Of a DNA stretch of 64,000 nt, positions 1 through 12,398 are shown piece by piece. The stretch covers positions 7,739,705 through 7,803,704 of the forward strand of contig CM082587.2 in the NCBI GenBank assembly GCA_040954595.2, in the 5' to 3' direction. The notes below the pieces were generated by a model. The model saw only the letters and a list, made by a program, of their open reading frames with translations, did no database searches and had not been told where the DNA came from. This DNA comes from Balanoglossus misakiensis (taxonomy: Eukaryota; Animalia; Hemichordata). Each line of letters begins with the position of its first letter. Within the stretch, counting starts at the first letter, position 1. The position numbers and the translations under genes were made by a program.

Positions 1-1908
1 CTGCCGTGCAGTTTTTTTTCCTCCAGTGTTGCCATGGCCACCCTACAGCATTTGACGAATTTCACCCACATCCACGACCTTAGATTTAGTGTTGAATGGA
101 GAACGCTCTAATCTAATAGCATAATAGCAATTCTGTGTGATTTATCACAGCAGCGAGTATTGAATATTTTTTTAATAAACCTGACCCATAAATCTGTACA
201 CTGTACACCTCTCCAAGAGCAAGGACGTCAAATACAGGAAATTACACTTCTCCTACCAGAGAAACAACGAGTTACTAACCAGTGGCAAAATTTCCCAAAT
301 ATTCAAATTAAATAGCTAACTCTAACGGTGTTAATGGATCTATTAGCCTTGGAGATAATTCAAATTGTTAATATATTTACTTTCACTGCCCATTGAAGCA
401 GATGGTTGTTGGGAACAATGGCAAGCGCCTGACCCTGCCCCTCCCACTCGATGCGGAGGTCACAAATGATTTATAAATGACCCCTTCCTCCCCAACTGGA
501 TTTCATATTTCTACCCCCCCCCCCCAAAAAAAAATGAGATCGCAGAGGCTTCGTTTCCTCAATCCACTCAAGTGTTGCACTTTGACAAAGCGTTGAGAAT
601 GATACATAATAAAATTTGGAGTGTTTGACGAGTGCCATCTGCAGTGTTTATCCAGGAAAATCAATCATTATTCACCGATAATAGTCGCTAATAACAGTTA
701 CACTGATGTTTAAGGCATTGTGAGATTTCAATGGGATGAATTGGACTGACCTATTCTGGCATTAGTCTGTTTATTTGCTGTAGCAATTTAGAATATTGAT
801 CAAAACAACAATTAGATTTGTTGTTTACTGCGAGTAGGAAATGGTCCATGCAGTAGTCGTTCACATGTGACAGTTTTAGCAGTCCCTTGAACAATGGCAA
901 TATGGATAAAGCCAGTTATTTGAACAATAATAGCTGAACCCAACTGAACACAGTGTCAACAATACTCCGATATCTAACACCGCACAAGCCTCGCACACGT
1001 TATATGGACTGTTACATTTGATGTTTGGGTTCCGTGTAGCAGACAGCTCCCTGACACAGCCTTGAATAGGTTATGAAAATACCGGTCCTTGCCACCCCAT
1101 GTCCATTTCACAAACACTGCCGTGTTAGTTGTTACTTGACCTGGGCACGATCTCTACTGTACAAACCAATTAAACTACCTGAGTTGATCATTATGTACAG
1201 TGTCAACACATGAATATTTTTCATGGCGTTTTGGTTCACAGAGCGACAACGAAAGAACGTGAAACGTAATATTTCATTCCCCGATTTTAATCCGTTTCCC
1301 ATCGCTGCAATAATATTGATAATGGTGTACACACTTTTCAGCTCAAGTCAAAGCAGACTTTCCCCAGTTCGTGTTGCATCAATTAGCCAGCTCGGGAGAC
1401 GATTTTCAGCTACGAGGCAAGGTTAGTGAAAATCGGTGGAAGGTAATTTCACGGAGACAGGCAGGCGGGACACTGGAAACGAGTTGACGCCTCGGAGCAG
1501 TTTCATCAACAGGAGACACACGGAGCAAGTCGCTCCATCGAACTCGCCATACGTAAACAGTGTGACAGCATTTTCACACAAGCAGACGATAACACCGAAA
1601 TTTTATGTGCGATCACGCAGTCGACTCCAAGCCTGGGAACTGAAACTGATCTCAACAGGACAGAGCGCATATAAAGTGTCTGTTGGAGATACAATATCAC
1701 CTAATATTCCGCACAGGAAAAAAAATACAGACCATGATTGAAAAGTCTAGTGGACGTCGGTGTGTACAGTCCTCAGTTGTATAGTACACTGTATTTCCTG
1801 TTTCTCCGAAGTTTATTGCCAACCTGCGACGTCGCCAAAAAAAGGTGGGTCGCGGCCCGTCAACCTCGAACGGCGTTTCCTGTCAAACCTTCCCGATCAT
1901 GAACTTAC

Positions 1909-2044
1909 CTTGGTGTTCTGCGAAAACATTGCACGGAGGATCCTGCCGAGGGTCTTTGTTCTTGCTGCTTGACTTCGATGATTTGGTTCCGAAACCAGAC
2001 GCACTTCGTTTGGGCTTAGCCTCCTTCCCTTGGTGTTGTCCCAT
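1909..2044 (-). CDS. ABL: ABL-family tyrosine kinase, first coding exon (1b-type, myristoylated N-cap); rest of gene lies left of the window
   Basis: Reverse strand reads MGQHQGKEAKPKRSASGFGTKSSKSSSKNKDPRQDPPCNVFAEHQ, then G|GTAAGT (136 nt, phase 1). The MGQ start and CNVFxEH cap motif match vertebrate ABL1 exon 1b (MGQQPGK...CNVFVEHE). Missed by the ORF track. Confidence 0.85.
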
Positions 2045-2209
2045 CGCTCAACTCACACTACATGTCAAAAATCAAACGGATACGTTTAACGAGATCACAC
2101 ACACAATATCACCGGTGCCAAGTTGACGGAAGTTCATTCACTAGTACCCGAGTTCCAGTAAATATTTCCCGTAAACACACAGATAGAGAGCTACACTAGG
2201 ATTTCCTCT

Positions 2210-2275
2210 GAAGTCAGCCATCTTGCTGGATGTAACAGTGGGCGAAAACGAGGCAAGGTGATTATGCAAATAAAG
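2210..2275 (-). promoter_or_regulatory. ABL promoter-proximal elements (YY1 motif, octamer)
   Basis: CAAGATGGCTG on the minus strand at 2215-2225 (YY1-like) and ATGCAAAT at ~2263-2270, 170-230 bp upstream of the ABL ATG in a CpG-rich stretch. Confidence 0.4.
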
Positions 2276-2627
2276 GGATGGGTCCTAACTCGAACAAATG
2301 AACATCGGTGGCGCTATGGTGATGATATCGATAAGACTCAGCTCCGCATATTCTGTTTCCTGGTAGTCCGGAAGGAAGACTAAAGAAGATACAGCAGTTG
2401 TGACCATAAAAGGCATTTTGATAACGCTAAGGCAATTCAAATTTTGTCTGGTTCAATAACACTTACAAATCACATAATTTTCTATTTCATTAATTTATCT
2501 ATTTTTTTCAACATATTGTTATTAATATTTTTTAATACACAGAAACTGTGTGAAACTCAAGAAACGCGAAGGAAACAATAAAACATCAACTGCGCATATG
2601 GCCGGCTGTAAGATCTGAAAATATTGA

Positions 2628-5600
2628 TCAGTTTTTCCTCTTTCTTCCCCGCTTGCGTGTTTTCTTCTCCAATATTTGTTGCCCCATTTTCTTGATGTCG
2701 TGTCTGGTTAGAGTTTCTTCGTTGTCTTGACTATCGTAGTCCAATTCATCTGTTTGCAAAATAAAACGACAAATTTCACATAAAACCTGTCGCCAACTGC
2801 TGGGGTTGGGGGGTGGAAGTGCAAAAGTTTTTCACAAGTTCCATAATAGTGCAGTTTGGCCGATTCTTTGCGGACACCAGTATACCGCCCTCTATAGTCA
2901 TTATTGAACAAGCCTTATGTTTTTTCGGAGAAGTTCACATTGATAAAAAGTTATGTATGCGTGGTGACGGTGTTGGCTTTAGTGTCAGAACTAGTGTGTA
3001 GGTGCTAACCCTGTATTTTCTCAACAGTTACATAAAATGTTGCAAGCAATTGTGACTTTAGGTTTTTAATTTTCAAACGAAGGCCAATGTTATGTGCCTT
3101 TGAACACATTAAAATTCGATATGTACAAGTGATGTCCTGTGTGCTCATTCCCCCGTAGATTTTCTCAACTTTAGAGCTGCAAGTTTTAACTTCTTGCATC
3201 ATCGCAAAACTCGCTTCATTACACCTGTATAACAGACCGCAGCTGGAACTTAATTGCTTGGGCCGGTCACAATTTTGTGGTTGGTACATGCATATATATA
3301 AACTCGCTTGCAAACAACAGAAATTAACCGATAGCAGAGCGAGGCCTATGACTTTGTGTCCAAGGTCAGTTTGTCTACTTAAGTATTTGACTTACTGGTT
3401 ACATAGTCATCCTCTTCTTCTATGCAGATTCGCACATTTTCTGGCGGCAATGAACCTTCTATGAAATCTTGGAACTGGAAGCGGAATAAAAAAGGAATAA
3501 AAAAAATTAAGAAGTGCGTCGTCAATATACATATAGCAAAATTGATTCTTGTTAGTATACACTTTGAAGAGGGTATCAAGATTTATTTGGTCCACCGCGT
3601 AGCCTGTTGTTAGATTTTAAAAAGTTTCAAAGTACGTTTAGTTTTAGATAAACATAATTTTTGTTGATGCTTTACGTACAGCCCAATGTTTCAACAATTG
3701 AGACTCGTCGCAATTCCCATCAGGTTGACGGCATAATATACCAAATGAAATCACCATATTGTGATATTGTGATACTGCCGGTATATGTATATACACAAAT
3801 GCCATTGTAGTAATGTCCACGTAACAACAAATTAAACGGCAAAATGATACATAATGGCCACGACTGACACCAATGACGACATTGAAGAAAGATATCATTG
3901 ATTAATTAATCAATTAAAATTAGGTATAACAGTGAGACCTTTGTGAGAGTACTGGTGTTTTAAAAAAATCCCATATGACTTCCCTTGGTGTATTTCCCGT
4001 GCTATAACCTACCTCTTGACCCGCCAAAACTTTCTTCACGGCGCATTTGTCTTTCAGTTCCAAGAGGCCCAGGATGTTTTGCAGTTTGGCTTCAACAAGT
4101 TCAAGTTTATCCATGACGTCACCCTCGGGGAGGAAACTCCGGCTTGGCTGAAAATCAGAAGGATATGGCAAAATGAAACTCTCTGTGACAGACGATTATG
4201 ACTTGTGATTGACAGGTAGTTACTACCGTCCTTCATACCTGTTTGATGAATAAATTAATTACATTCTGCAGTGTCGTGCAAGGTTTCTCAATCTTAGTAT
4301 CTTTCTTTCGCATTCCACCCAGCCCTTACTTACCGGCTTTAGTCTGATCTCCTTCGTCTTTTCGTACAGCGAATCAACTCCAGTCATGGCGTCAACCAAA
4401 AGGTTATCTTTCTTCTGGAGGGCTTGGCTCGCCTCTGCGTGTCGTTGACGTTCTTCCTCAAGATGGATCTCCATTTGGGTGACAAGAGTCTGTCCGCTGT
4501 AGGAGAGAAACCACCGCGTTTTAAAGGGACAAAGTCTCTCTCTCTCTCGCTGCCTTTTTTCCATTAATTATGTTTGATACAAGAACCCGTCAATGTTATT
4601 CTACATGTGGGATATATAGTTAATCAATGTTCGACTACACAAAACTTCCATCCCGTTTGTTGGATATGAGAGTCAAAATCTCACCAAAATGAATAAACGG
4701 TAGAGACGGATTATTCATTTTGGCGAGATTTTCACTCTCGTCGATCACCTAGGTAAGTCATCGTTTACTTACAACGACGCCTTTCGGTCTCCTGTATACT
4801 TCATTGTTTCATATTCTCGGTGGAGTCTTATCTTCTCTTTCTTGAGAGAACCCAGCTGCTTCTCCAAGAAAGTTGTCTGTTCTTGCAGTTGTTCGCTGGT
4901 ATTTTGCTGGTCCACAACACGTTTCAGGATATCCTGCATAAACGAAATACATGTGTTAAGTAATTCCAATGCAGTAAGCGTATACGCGAGTCACTGCGTT
5001 CATTTTTCGATGTTACCTATAGAATGGACGCAGCATCTTCCTCTAATGGATGTGTGTACATCGTAATCCCCCGCTTGTTTTGTCGATCTTTATTATAGCT
5101 TAATTCCACAACTATAACCGGTGCCTTAATTTTGATTTAGCTAACTTATAATCGTGGGTGGACACTATCGCACAGTGGTTAAAAAATTGAACTAGCAACT
5201 TCATCAACAAGTCGAGTTTGGCCGTAATGTTGTCCCTTGCATTATAGTCCTCGCTTATCTTATACTGTATACGTACATATGGGATTTTACCCAGTCACCA
5301 GCGAATGATAGGATAGAACCGTAATTTAAAGCAATCGCTACATTATCTAAACGTTTTCTTACAATTGGAAATCATAAAATAATATTTTAAGCTAGTTGCA
5401 TTGATAACTATCGCTCTTCACCGATTTATACAATTATAAATATTTAATACTCACTTCCAATTGTGATATTGAGTGTGCGTCTTTGATTTGCCTCATCGAT
5501 TCCTCGTAATCGGAAATCTTCATCAGATTGTCCCGAGCCAAACGGCTCTGGAAATGTGGATCTAGGAATGGGGGTAACGTGAGCAGTGTTAAACTTGCAG

Positions 5601-7757
5601 AGATTTGAAGAGAAAACTTACAGGCCAAGAAATAACTGTTAATATAAGTAAACAGAATCAGTAGAATGCCATTTTAATATCATGTCGAAAATATCGTAAA
5701 AACTTAGAAGTAATTGGTGGCACTTTACCATAGACATAAAGTTTTGGGGCTAGCTCATTTACTCATAACAAGCTAGCTTTCCTTCGCTTGGTCAAATCAC
5801 ATTACCCCTATACATGTTTTCATTTATATAATCAGTTTTTATTACCCCTACGTGCAATCAGTTCTAGACGATCGACGGACTTACTTGAACTCTCGCAAGC
5901 TCATACCTCATTCACATCACATTCTTCAATGGCCGAAACTCATATCCGTCAACAAGCATCGATCCCTACTTATTCACAAACACAATGAAAATAATAATAA
6001 GCCAAAAGTAGGTTATAAACACGTGCTCACACACACATACACGCTCGCACACAAACCTCTCCTGCCACCACCCTGTAGCATTCTCATGTGCACCAAATGC
6101 ATACCAGTGCTGAAGTCGTCCGCAGTTTGCAAAGTCGCCCGTAGTTGGCGCTTTTCGCTCTTCTCCGCCGCGTCTTTCTGTTTTTCCGCCTGCTTCTTCT
6201 TGGCGTTCAGTGACTTGTCTCGCTGGCGTCTTGCTCCGACCACTTCATGTTCCAGTTTCGCCTGGTTGGCTTTAGTCAAGGCCCGACCGGCCTGCGCATC
6301 GGCGTTGATTTCTTTCAGCTCTTCCAGTTCCATTTTCTGTTCTTCCAGGGCCCTTTCCAGAGAACGGACGTGGTCAGGGAAAACGTGACTTTCCTGGGAG
6401 AACAAAAGATGAATAGTGCAATGACCGGCAATGCTCACAGGAGATGACGTATTGTCACCGTACCTATAAAACATTATCAACAAAAAACTGTACTGCCTTT
6501 AATGTAATACTAGTATATGTCATTTCGATATGCAGTGTTACCTTATTCACACTAATGCATATATTTGAATATGGATAACAGTCGAGATGATGTCATTATA
6601 TGCTTTCGACGTGAATTTCTTGTAAAATATTAACCACTTTCTATTGGAAATCGTTTACTTTCACGACAAATATTGTATTGATACTCGGCGTAGCAGGTTT
6701 AATATCATATTAAATGAATTTACCTCTTCTTGGTGTTTGAGAATGCTCCTATAGTTGACCTGTATTTTCATGGCAGTTGAGATCTTTATTTTCGCCTTAT
6801 CAAGGCGATTTTCCACCTTTCTGATACGCTAAAATAGAGAGTGAGGGAGAGTGAGTGAGTGAGAGAGGGGAGGGAGGAGGGTAGGAGGGGACTCAAGACA
6901 GAGAGGGAGGGAGCGGGAGAGACAGACAGGGAGGGGTGGAGACAGGGAGAAACAAAGAGATGGACAGACAGACAAACAGACAGACAGTAGGAAATATCCC
7001 AACGAACCACGTTATAGTCATACACATGTAGAGATAACTATTATGTATTAGAAAGAGATTACGTGAAAGGCAGAGAGAGGGGGCAGGTATATTCACAGGG
7101 GGACAGACAGACAGACAGACAGACAGAGACGGTATACCGCATGTGATCAGTTCTTATATGACCGTCTCAAAATAAATTTAGAGGTGGAAAATAAATGAAT
7201 ACAATGACTCGTTACGATAACAAACAGCTATGGTGGTGGTATGTAGGGATATGGCGAACATATATAACCTGAACAAAGTTGGAAAATAAGTTACATGGTT
7301 ATCTGATCAAACAACACATTTAATAGCAAAAAGTTGCAGGGACACAGCACCCACCTGTTGCGAGTCACTTTCGTAGGAAGCAGCAGCGCCCTCAGACTTG
7401 ATTTTTTTGTTTCTTTTGTACATGTTTTGCATGTCCTGTAAGCGATATTCCTTTTGCTCCCGTTGGTAGACCAGAAGATTGAGAACTTTAGCTTTCTCGC
7501 AAGATTTCTGGTCCATAGCAGAAATCGCTTTCTAAAATGAAGTTAAGATAGACAATAAGTGCATGTGCGTTCACTATAGACAAACATACCGAAATAGTGG
7601 CAATATCCGAATCAACTACACTCACCGTCGCTGTATTTCTCTGCAGAGAGAGACGTTCGCGGTGTCTGTTTTCAAATACCGTTTGAATGACTTTTTCGTC
7701 ACCCTTTTTGAGAAGAGAGAGGGGAGAGAGAGAGAGAGAGAGGGGGAGAGAGAGAGT

Positions 7758-7797
<40 letters not shown>

Positions 7798-8288
7798 AGA
7801 GCGAGAGACTTTGAGAAAATGTTAGTAATTTAAAAATAATCCATACAGTTTGATATATCCACCTTCCCGGGCTTCAAGCGTTTCCATCGGCATACGTTAA
7901 ATTAACAGGATGTTAATTAGAAAACAGTCGACTTACATTATTACTTTCAGCAAGTTCTATCCGCTTCTCTTTACACTGTCGTCTTAGCCGCAAAATATGT
8001 TCTTCGTTTTGCTTCTTGGCGATCTGGGAGCTTTCCAAGTACGCCCGGTGGTCTCGATCTACGCAGTTAGGAATAAATTATTATAACAAAAAATAAAAAA
8101 AAACAGCTTACCTGTCGCGTATTTTTTATTGATTTATTCAGAGATATGAGGAGGAAGTTATACACCATTCATAAATTTGATTATGTCAAACTATATAGAA
8201 GCTTACCTTTCAGTGCGATCTTACTCCGAAATTCCTCAATGTGGTCTGAAATATTCCACCCAGGAGTCACAAAATTTGCCCCCGGCAT
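2628..8288 (-). CDS. ODAD3: Outer dynein arm docking complex subunit 3 / CCDC151-family coiled-coil protein, 12 coding exons, ~539 aa
   Basis: GT-AG exons 8288-8207, 8058-7937, 7703-7626, 7531-7355, 6828-6724, 6393-6105, 5561-5455, 4933-4773, 4496-4334, 4147-4013, 3474-3396, 2749-2628 splice in frame (1620 nt). Peptides RAYLESSQIAKKQNEEHILRLR, GDEKVIQTVF, RKVENRLDKAKIK, MKYTGD, FIEGSLPPENVRI and LTRHDIKKMGQQILE parallel CCDC151. It could be a divergent paralogue (CCDC183-like). Confidence 0.82.
4521..4740. mobile_element. Truncated copy of TTAA-flanked Kolobok/T2-like MITE (family B)
   Basis: Starts TTAAAGGGACAAAGTCTCTCTC and matches the full copies at 52652-53005 and 58276-58630; the second TIR is missing. 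It fills most of an ODAD3 intron. Confidence 0.8.
6836..7128. repeat. Purine-rich low-complexity / (GACA)n tract
   Basis: GAGA/GGGA/GACA runs in an ODAD3 intron. Confidence 0.8.
7712..7808. repeat. (GA)n microsatellite
   Basis: Long AG dinucleotide run; on the minus strand it forms the polypyrimidine tract of ODAD3 exon 7703-7626. Confidence 0.95.
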
Positions 8289-8849
8289 ATTAATCTCGTA
8301 AACGCTAAAATGGTTTTAAAAAATAGCATTTATCGATGATGAGTGCGAATAATCCAGTGAAAGATAGACATCTGACCGATCCTACGAAAGCCTAGTTGAC
8401 ATCATGAAGATGAAGCCAGCTGGACATAAAATTATCACATATGACAAAGTCCATAAAACCAACCTTGATGTACAAGTAGGCTCGTCTCACCTTTTTTTCT
8501 AACTTTACCTACCTTTGGCACGAAAAGAAACAAATTTCGCGTGAAGAGTTTGATTCTCAGACGGGTGTGGAACGGCTGATAGGCTTGGATAGAACAGCTG
8601 ATTGTGTGTTTCAGGTAACAATGTCACCAACAATGGATCGAATTCTGGAACACTCTCAAGTAACGCGAGATTCGCCGGGAGTCCTCTGTAGGGTTTATTC
8701 AATGTAAATTATAAACTGGTTTCACCGACTGTTTATTCAATGGAAATCCCAGTCCCTCTATCACACTGCGATATGGAGGGAGTGAGGAGACTGATACAAA
8801 AGTCGAATGTGGGCGTTTGTCGATGTTCATTTGTCCACGACTCCGACTT

Positions 8850-8910
8850 GTTGCGGAAGTAGCAGAAGAAAAACTTCGCTAAGCATCATGGGACACAAAA
8901 TGGCTGCCGT
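8850..8910 (+). promoter_or_regulatory. Divergent ODAD3/SWI5 promoter core (ETS, ZNF143/Staf-like, YY1 motifs)
   Basis: GCGGAAGT at ~8853, GCATCATGGGA at 8883-8893 and AAAATGGCTGCC at 8897-8908, between two head-to-head ATGs ~755 bp apart. Confidence 0.5.
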
Positions 8911-9043
8911 CATCAGCGCGAAGTTTGTATTTTCTTGGCTGGGAAACATTTACTGAATAATTTGCTTATTCGTTTGTATCAATTAAGTTGAGATACCTGT
9001 AATGTAAGATACGAAGGCGCTGGTATCACCGGTTTTAAGGAAT

Positions 9044-10515
9044 ATGGAGAAATCTCCCCAAACTCCAGTTAATTATTCCAACAAATCAAGCACACCCGGA
9101 AGTAAACAAACACCAAACAGTGATCGCAGACGACGGGGCCCGGGTCTCGTAAGGTAAGGACTTAAAACGGTACTTACCGTAATTTCACGAACAAAGAAAG
9201 TACAAGACTAGATGAACCGCTGATTTCCTTGGAGTAAAGTTAATATTTGTCGAGAGTCGTCGTCAGGGGCTGTTGTGTGTGGAGTGACCGTGTACTAATG
9301 TACTTGCAAGTTGCAGGTCGTCTTGCATATCGCATATGCAGCCTGGTTGATGGTTTCATACAGCGAGTATGCAGTCCTAGTACAGTACCAGAAGATACAA
9401 GACTGACACTGTATAGATGAATATATTTTGCATTTCACTCAATCTGTAGGTCAAGGCTGTCAGATTCTGTGAGCAAGAAGCCAAGAATAGGAAACTTTAA
9501 ATCACCTGTAAGTATACCCACTATCATGTATGTGGCAGTTCAGACCTCGGTGTATTCTGGTATACCAGTGAGTGGTAGGTCAGAATTGAAAGCTTGAAAG
9601 TAGTTTTGGAACACTAACTAATTCTTTCTGTATTTAAAAATGTTTTTGTTTTGTTGCAAACAGTGTAGAAACGCCAACTTCGCTGGAGTCAAACCTGCAG
9701 AAACTGACAGTACTTTGAAACAGAACATATCAGATCTGAAGACTGAATTGAAGTCTCTGGAACAAGAAATTGGTCTTCTCAGAAAAGAGTTAGTTTCTAA
9801 TTTTCTCCCAGGGTTCTCCCCAGGAAAAAATCATAGCGTTGGGGCTAATTTGCATGCTAATTTGCATATTAATTTTCCAGCCCTGATGCCTATTAGTGTT
9901 CCAGTGAGCTTTTGAATTATCCAAAGTTCTGTGAATGATGCAAATTGACGCACAGGTAGTTCATTGTTTTTGCTGTTTGCTGAGATTTGTATACAGATAC
10001 ACAAAGTACAGTATCATAAGTGCTGTTCCTATATTACAAGCACGAATTTGAGCATTTTATGTCGCTTCTTCATTCAGTGGCTTAGAACATACAGGTGGGA
10101 TCTGCCACATTTTGTTGACAGAAACTAGTGAAAGAATGGACAGAGAGGAAATCTTTGATTCCTGGAATGACTGAACTTTTGGGCGTTTTGTTTCAGAGGG
10201 TACATGGAAGAAGAGTTGCAGTTACACATTAAAAAGATGCATGAATACAATGAATTGAAAGACACTGGTCAAATATTACTCGGGAAACTTGGTAAGTCGT
10301 CTTGTAAGTCATGTTGATATAGATTAATCTTCAGACTGTCAAAATAAGGACTTCAGGTTTTTGAAGTGGTTCTTCTCATTAATTACCGCCAATGTAATTC
10401 TGATACTGATAGAGTAAACAAGTGAACTCATACTTATTCTCTTCCTTCAGCTGAATTGAACTGTGTACAGACCAAAGACCTCTATCCCAACTTTGGACTT
10501 GACTTGCAAGATTAG
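9044..10515 (+). CDS. SWI5: DNA repair protein SWI5 homolog, 5 exons, ~150 aa
   Basis: Exons 9044-9153, 9450-9507, 9664-9788, 10197-10291, 10451-10515 splice in frame. Contains FKSP and the Swi5 signature LQLHIKKMHEYNELKDTGQILLGKLAELNCVQTKDLYPNFGLDLQD*. Confidence 0.93.
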
Positions 10516-12398
10516 AGTTTGATTTCTCCAGCTGTTCTTGAAGGTAGGTATGAGTCTCTCTCCCATAGACATGTACTAGAAAGAAGTAGTGTGTTTTGCT
10601 TGCTTGCAAGTTGCATTACTTGGCTTAGATTTGCATTCACCAAATTGTGCAAAAAATGGTCAAATATTATGTTTTTCCTCCAATAGGTAGGGGAAGATAT
10701 ATCTAACATATAGCTCTATGTACATGTCAGAACTGATATCAGCAACTTCTTCCCAAATAGCAATGACGAACCTGAGGGTTTTTTCTTTTGCTGTTGAGGG
10801 CGCTGTGTTTTCTAACATCATGTCAGATAACTTTTTTCAGCATTTAAACACTAATATTTATATGCATAGTTTGATTGAATCATTGCGACAGCAGCCAAAT
10901 TGCTGTACATCTGAGAAAATACCTTCACTCTACTTGGACATGAAACCCAGCTAATAACGTAATAGAACTCACAAGACATGACTTTCATGAACAAATGTTT
11001 TTTTTTATTCAGGTGTTTCAAACAAATGAAACTACATGATACACCAAAATAGTAGTGCAGTATATACAAATGCAACCAGCATAGAGGATGTAGAAATACA
11101 GTTGTAAATATCCAGCACACACACTCACTGTAAATCCTCATGTAATAATTATAGACAAGCTGCACCTTTTGTATAAAGTTGAAAAGTGTTGAAAAATGCT
11201 GAAAATTTTTTTTTCGGTTATCAAAGTTTAGGAAGGCATTCTTTACACGTAAGATTTGAGGTCATTCTGTCGCACTCAGCAAAGTTGGTTTCAGACTATT
11301 TCCAGTTTATGTTTATGTAAAAGCTAAAATACCACGGCAACTTGGCACAAATGAAGTATGGTTATTATCCCTGTTATAATACAAATTCCTTGCAATTCAA
11401 TTGACCTGATGTTGTATTATATACTACATGTAGTACCCATATACCGGTACATGTATTTGGCTATGTCAGAAAAAAATTACCTGAAACATGCACAAAATAC
11501 AATTCTGGCAACTCAACAGATGTGAAAATTACTTTGTGTAGGAAAATAGCTATATTTGAAGACTGTTCATCCTTGTATTGTTGTAACATTTTTTTTTCTG
11601 TTCTTTCCATTCATCTGTACAAACCTCTACTCTTCTGTATCAGTTAATGCTGCGGACGGATATTTGATAAAGCAGTTTCAGTTTGGGCTGAAAACTGCAC
11701 AGACTTAGCAAAATATTTATATGTACAGCTTGCATATGATCAGTGATTCCCTAAGGCTACGGTATTGAGAGAAATAAAATTGAATAAAGAATGAAAATAT
11801 CTGAGATTGAAACATCACTATTGGTTACTACTCCCCCTCCCCCCCCCCCCAAAAAAAAACCCTCTTAACAAAACGCAAATCAAATCACTCTGCAGTTGTA
11901 TAAACCATCATTAGAAAACTTAAAATTAATTGTAATGAACAAACCTGCTCGGCCATTCATCTTTAAAGTGCAGTGACACTGCAAGATATAAACTATTTTT
12001 GATTCAATACAGAATGGTGAAGAAATGGCCAAAGATATCCAACACTGTAAACTCACTTCCTTGATAGAAACAAAAATGCCAGTAGGACAGAAAAAGTATA
12101 GCATTGGTAAATTGTGTACATCTGATGGAGATATGTGCTGCTCCCAAGACACTCTATCAAACTAGCATATCATTGAGTTGTAAATGTACATATTTAACTC
12201 AAACATACAATTATTTTTCTTCAAAATTTTATTTCCTCTGATCTGTCGGCTAGAACCCAATTGCAAGGAGTATATATATCCGTTTGACTTTTAATACATG
12301 TATGTACACTGCTCGCAAATCACCAACCAACTGTGCTGATTTTACATATACATGTGATTTCTGTTGCCAGTTGATGATTCCGAAGCTTCGTTCGTCCA

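Noticed and set aside
28-41. X-box-like GTTGCCATGGCCAC in ABL intron 1
   Set aside because: One mismatch in the critical half-site and no supporting context.
1132-1741. Short ORFs as a possible ABL exon 1a or a separate gene
   Set aside because: No recognisable motif and no convincing phase-1 donor.
5852-6388. 178-aa plus-strand ORF
   Set aside because: Antisense shadow of ODAD3 exon 6393-6105.
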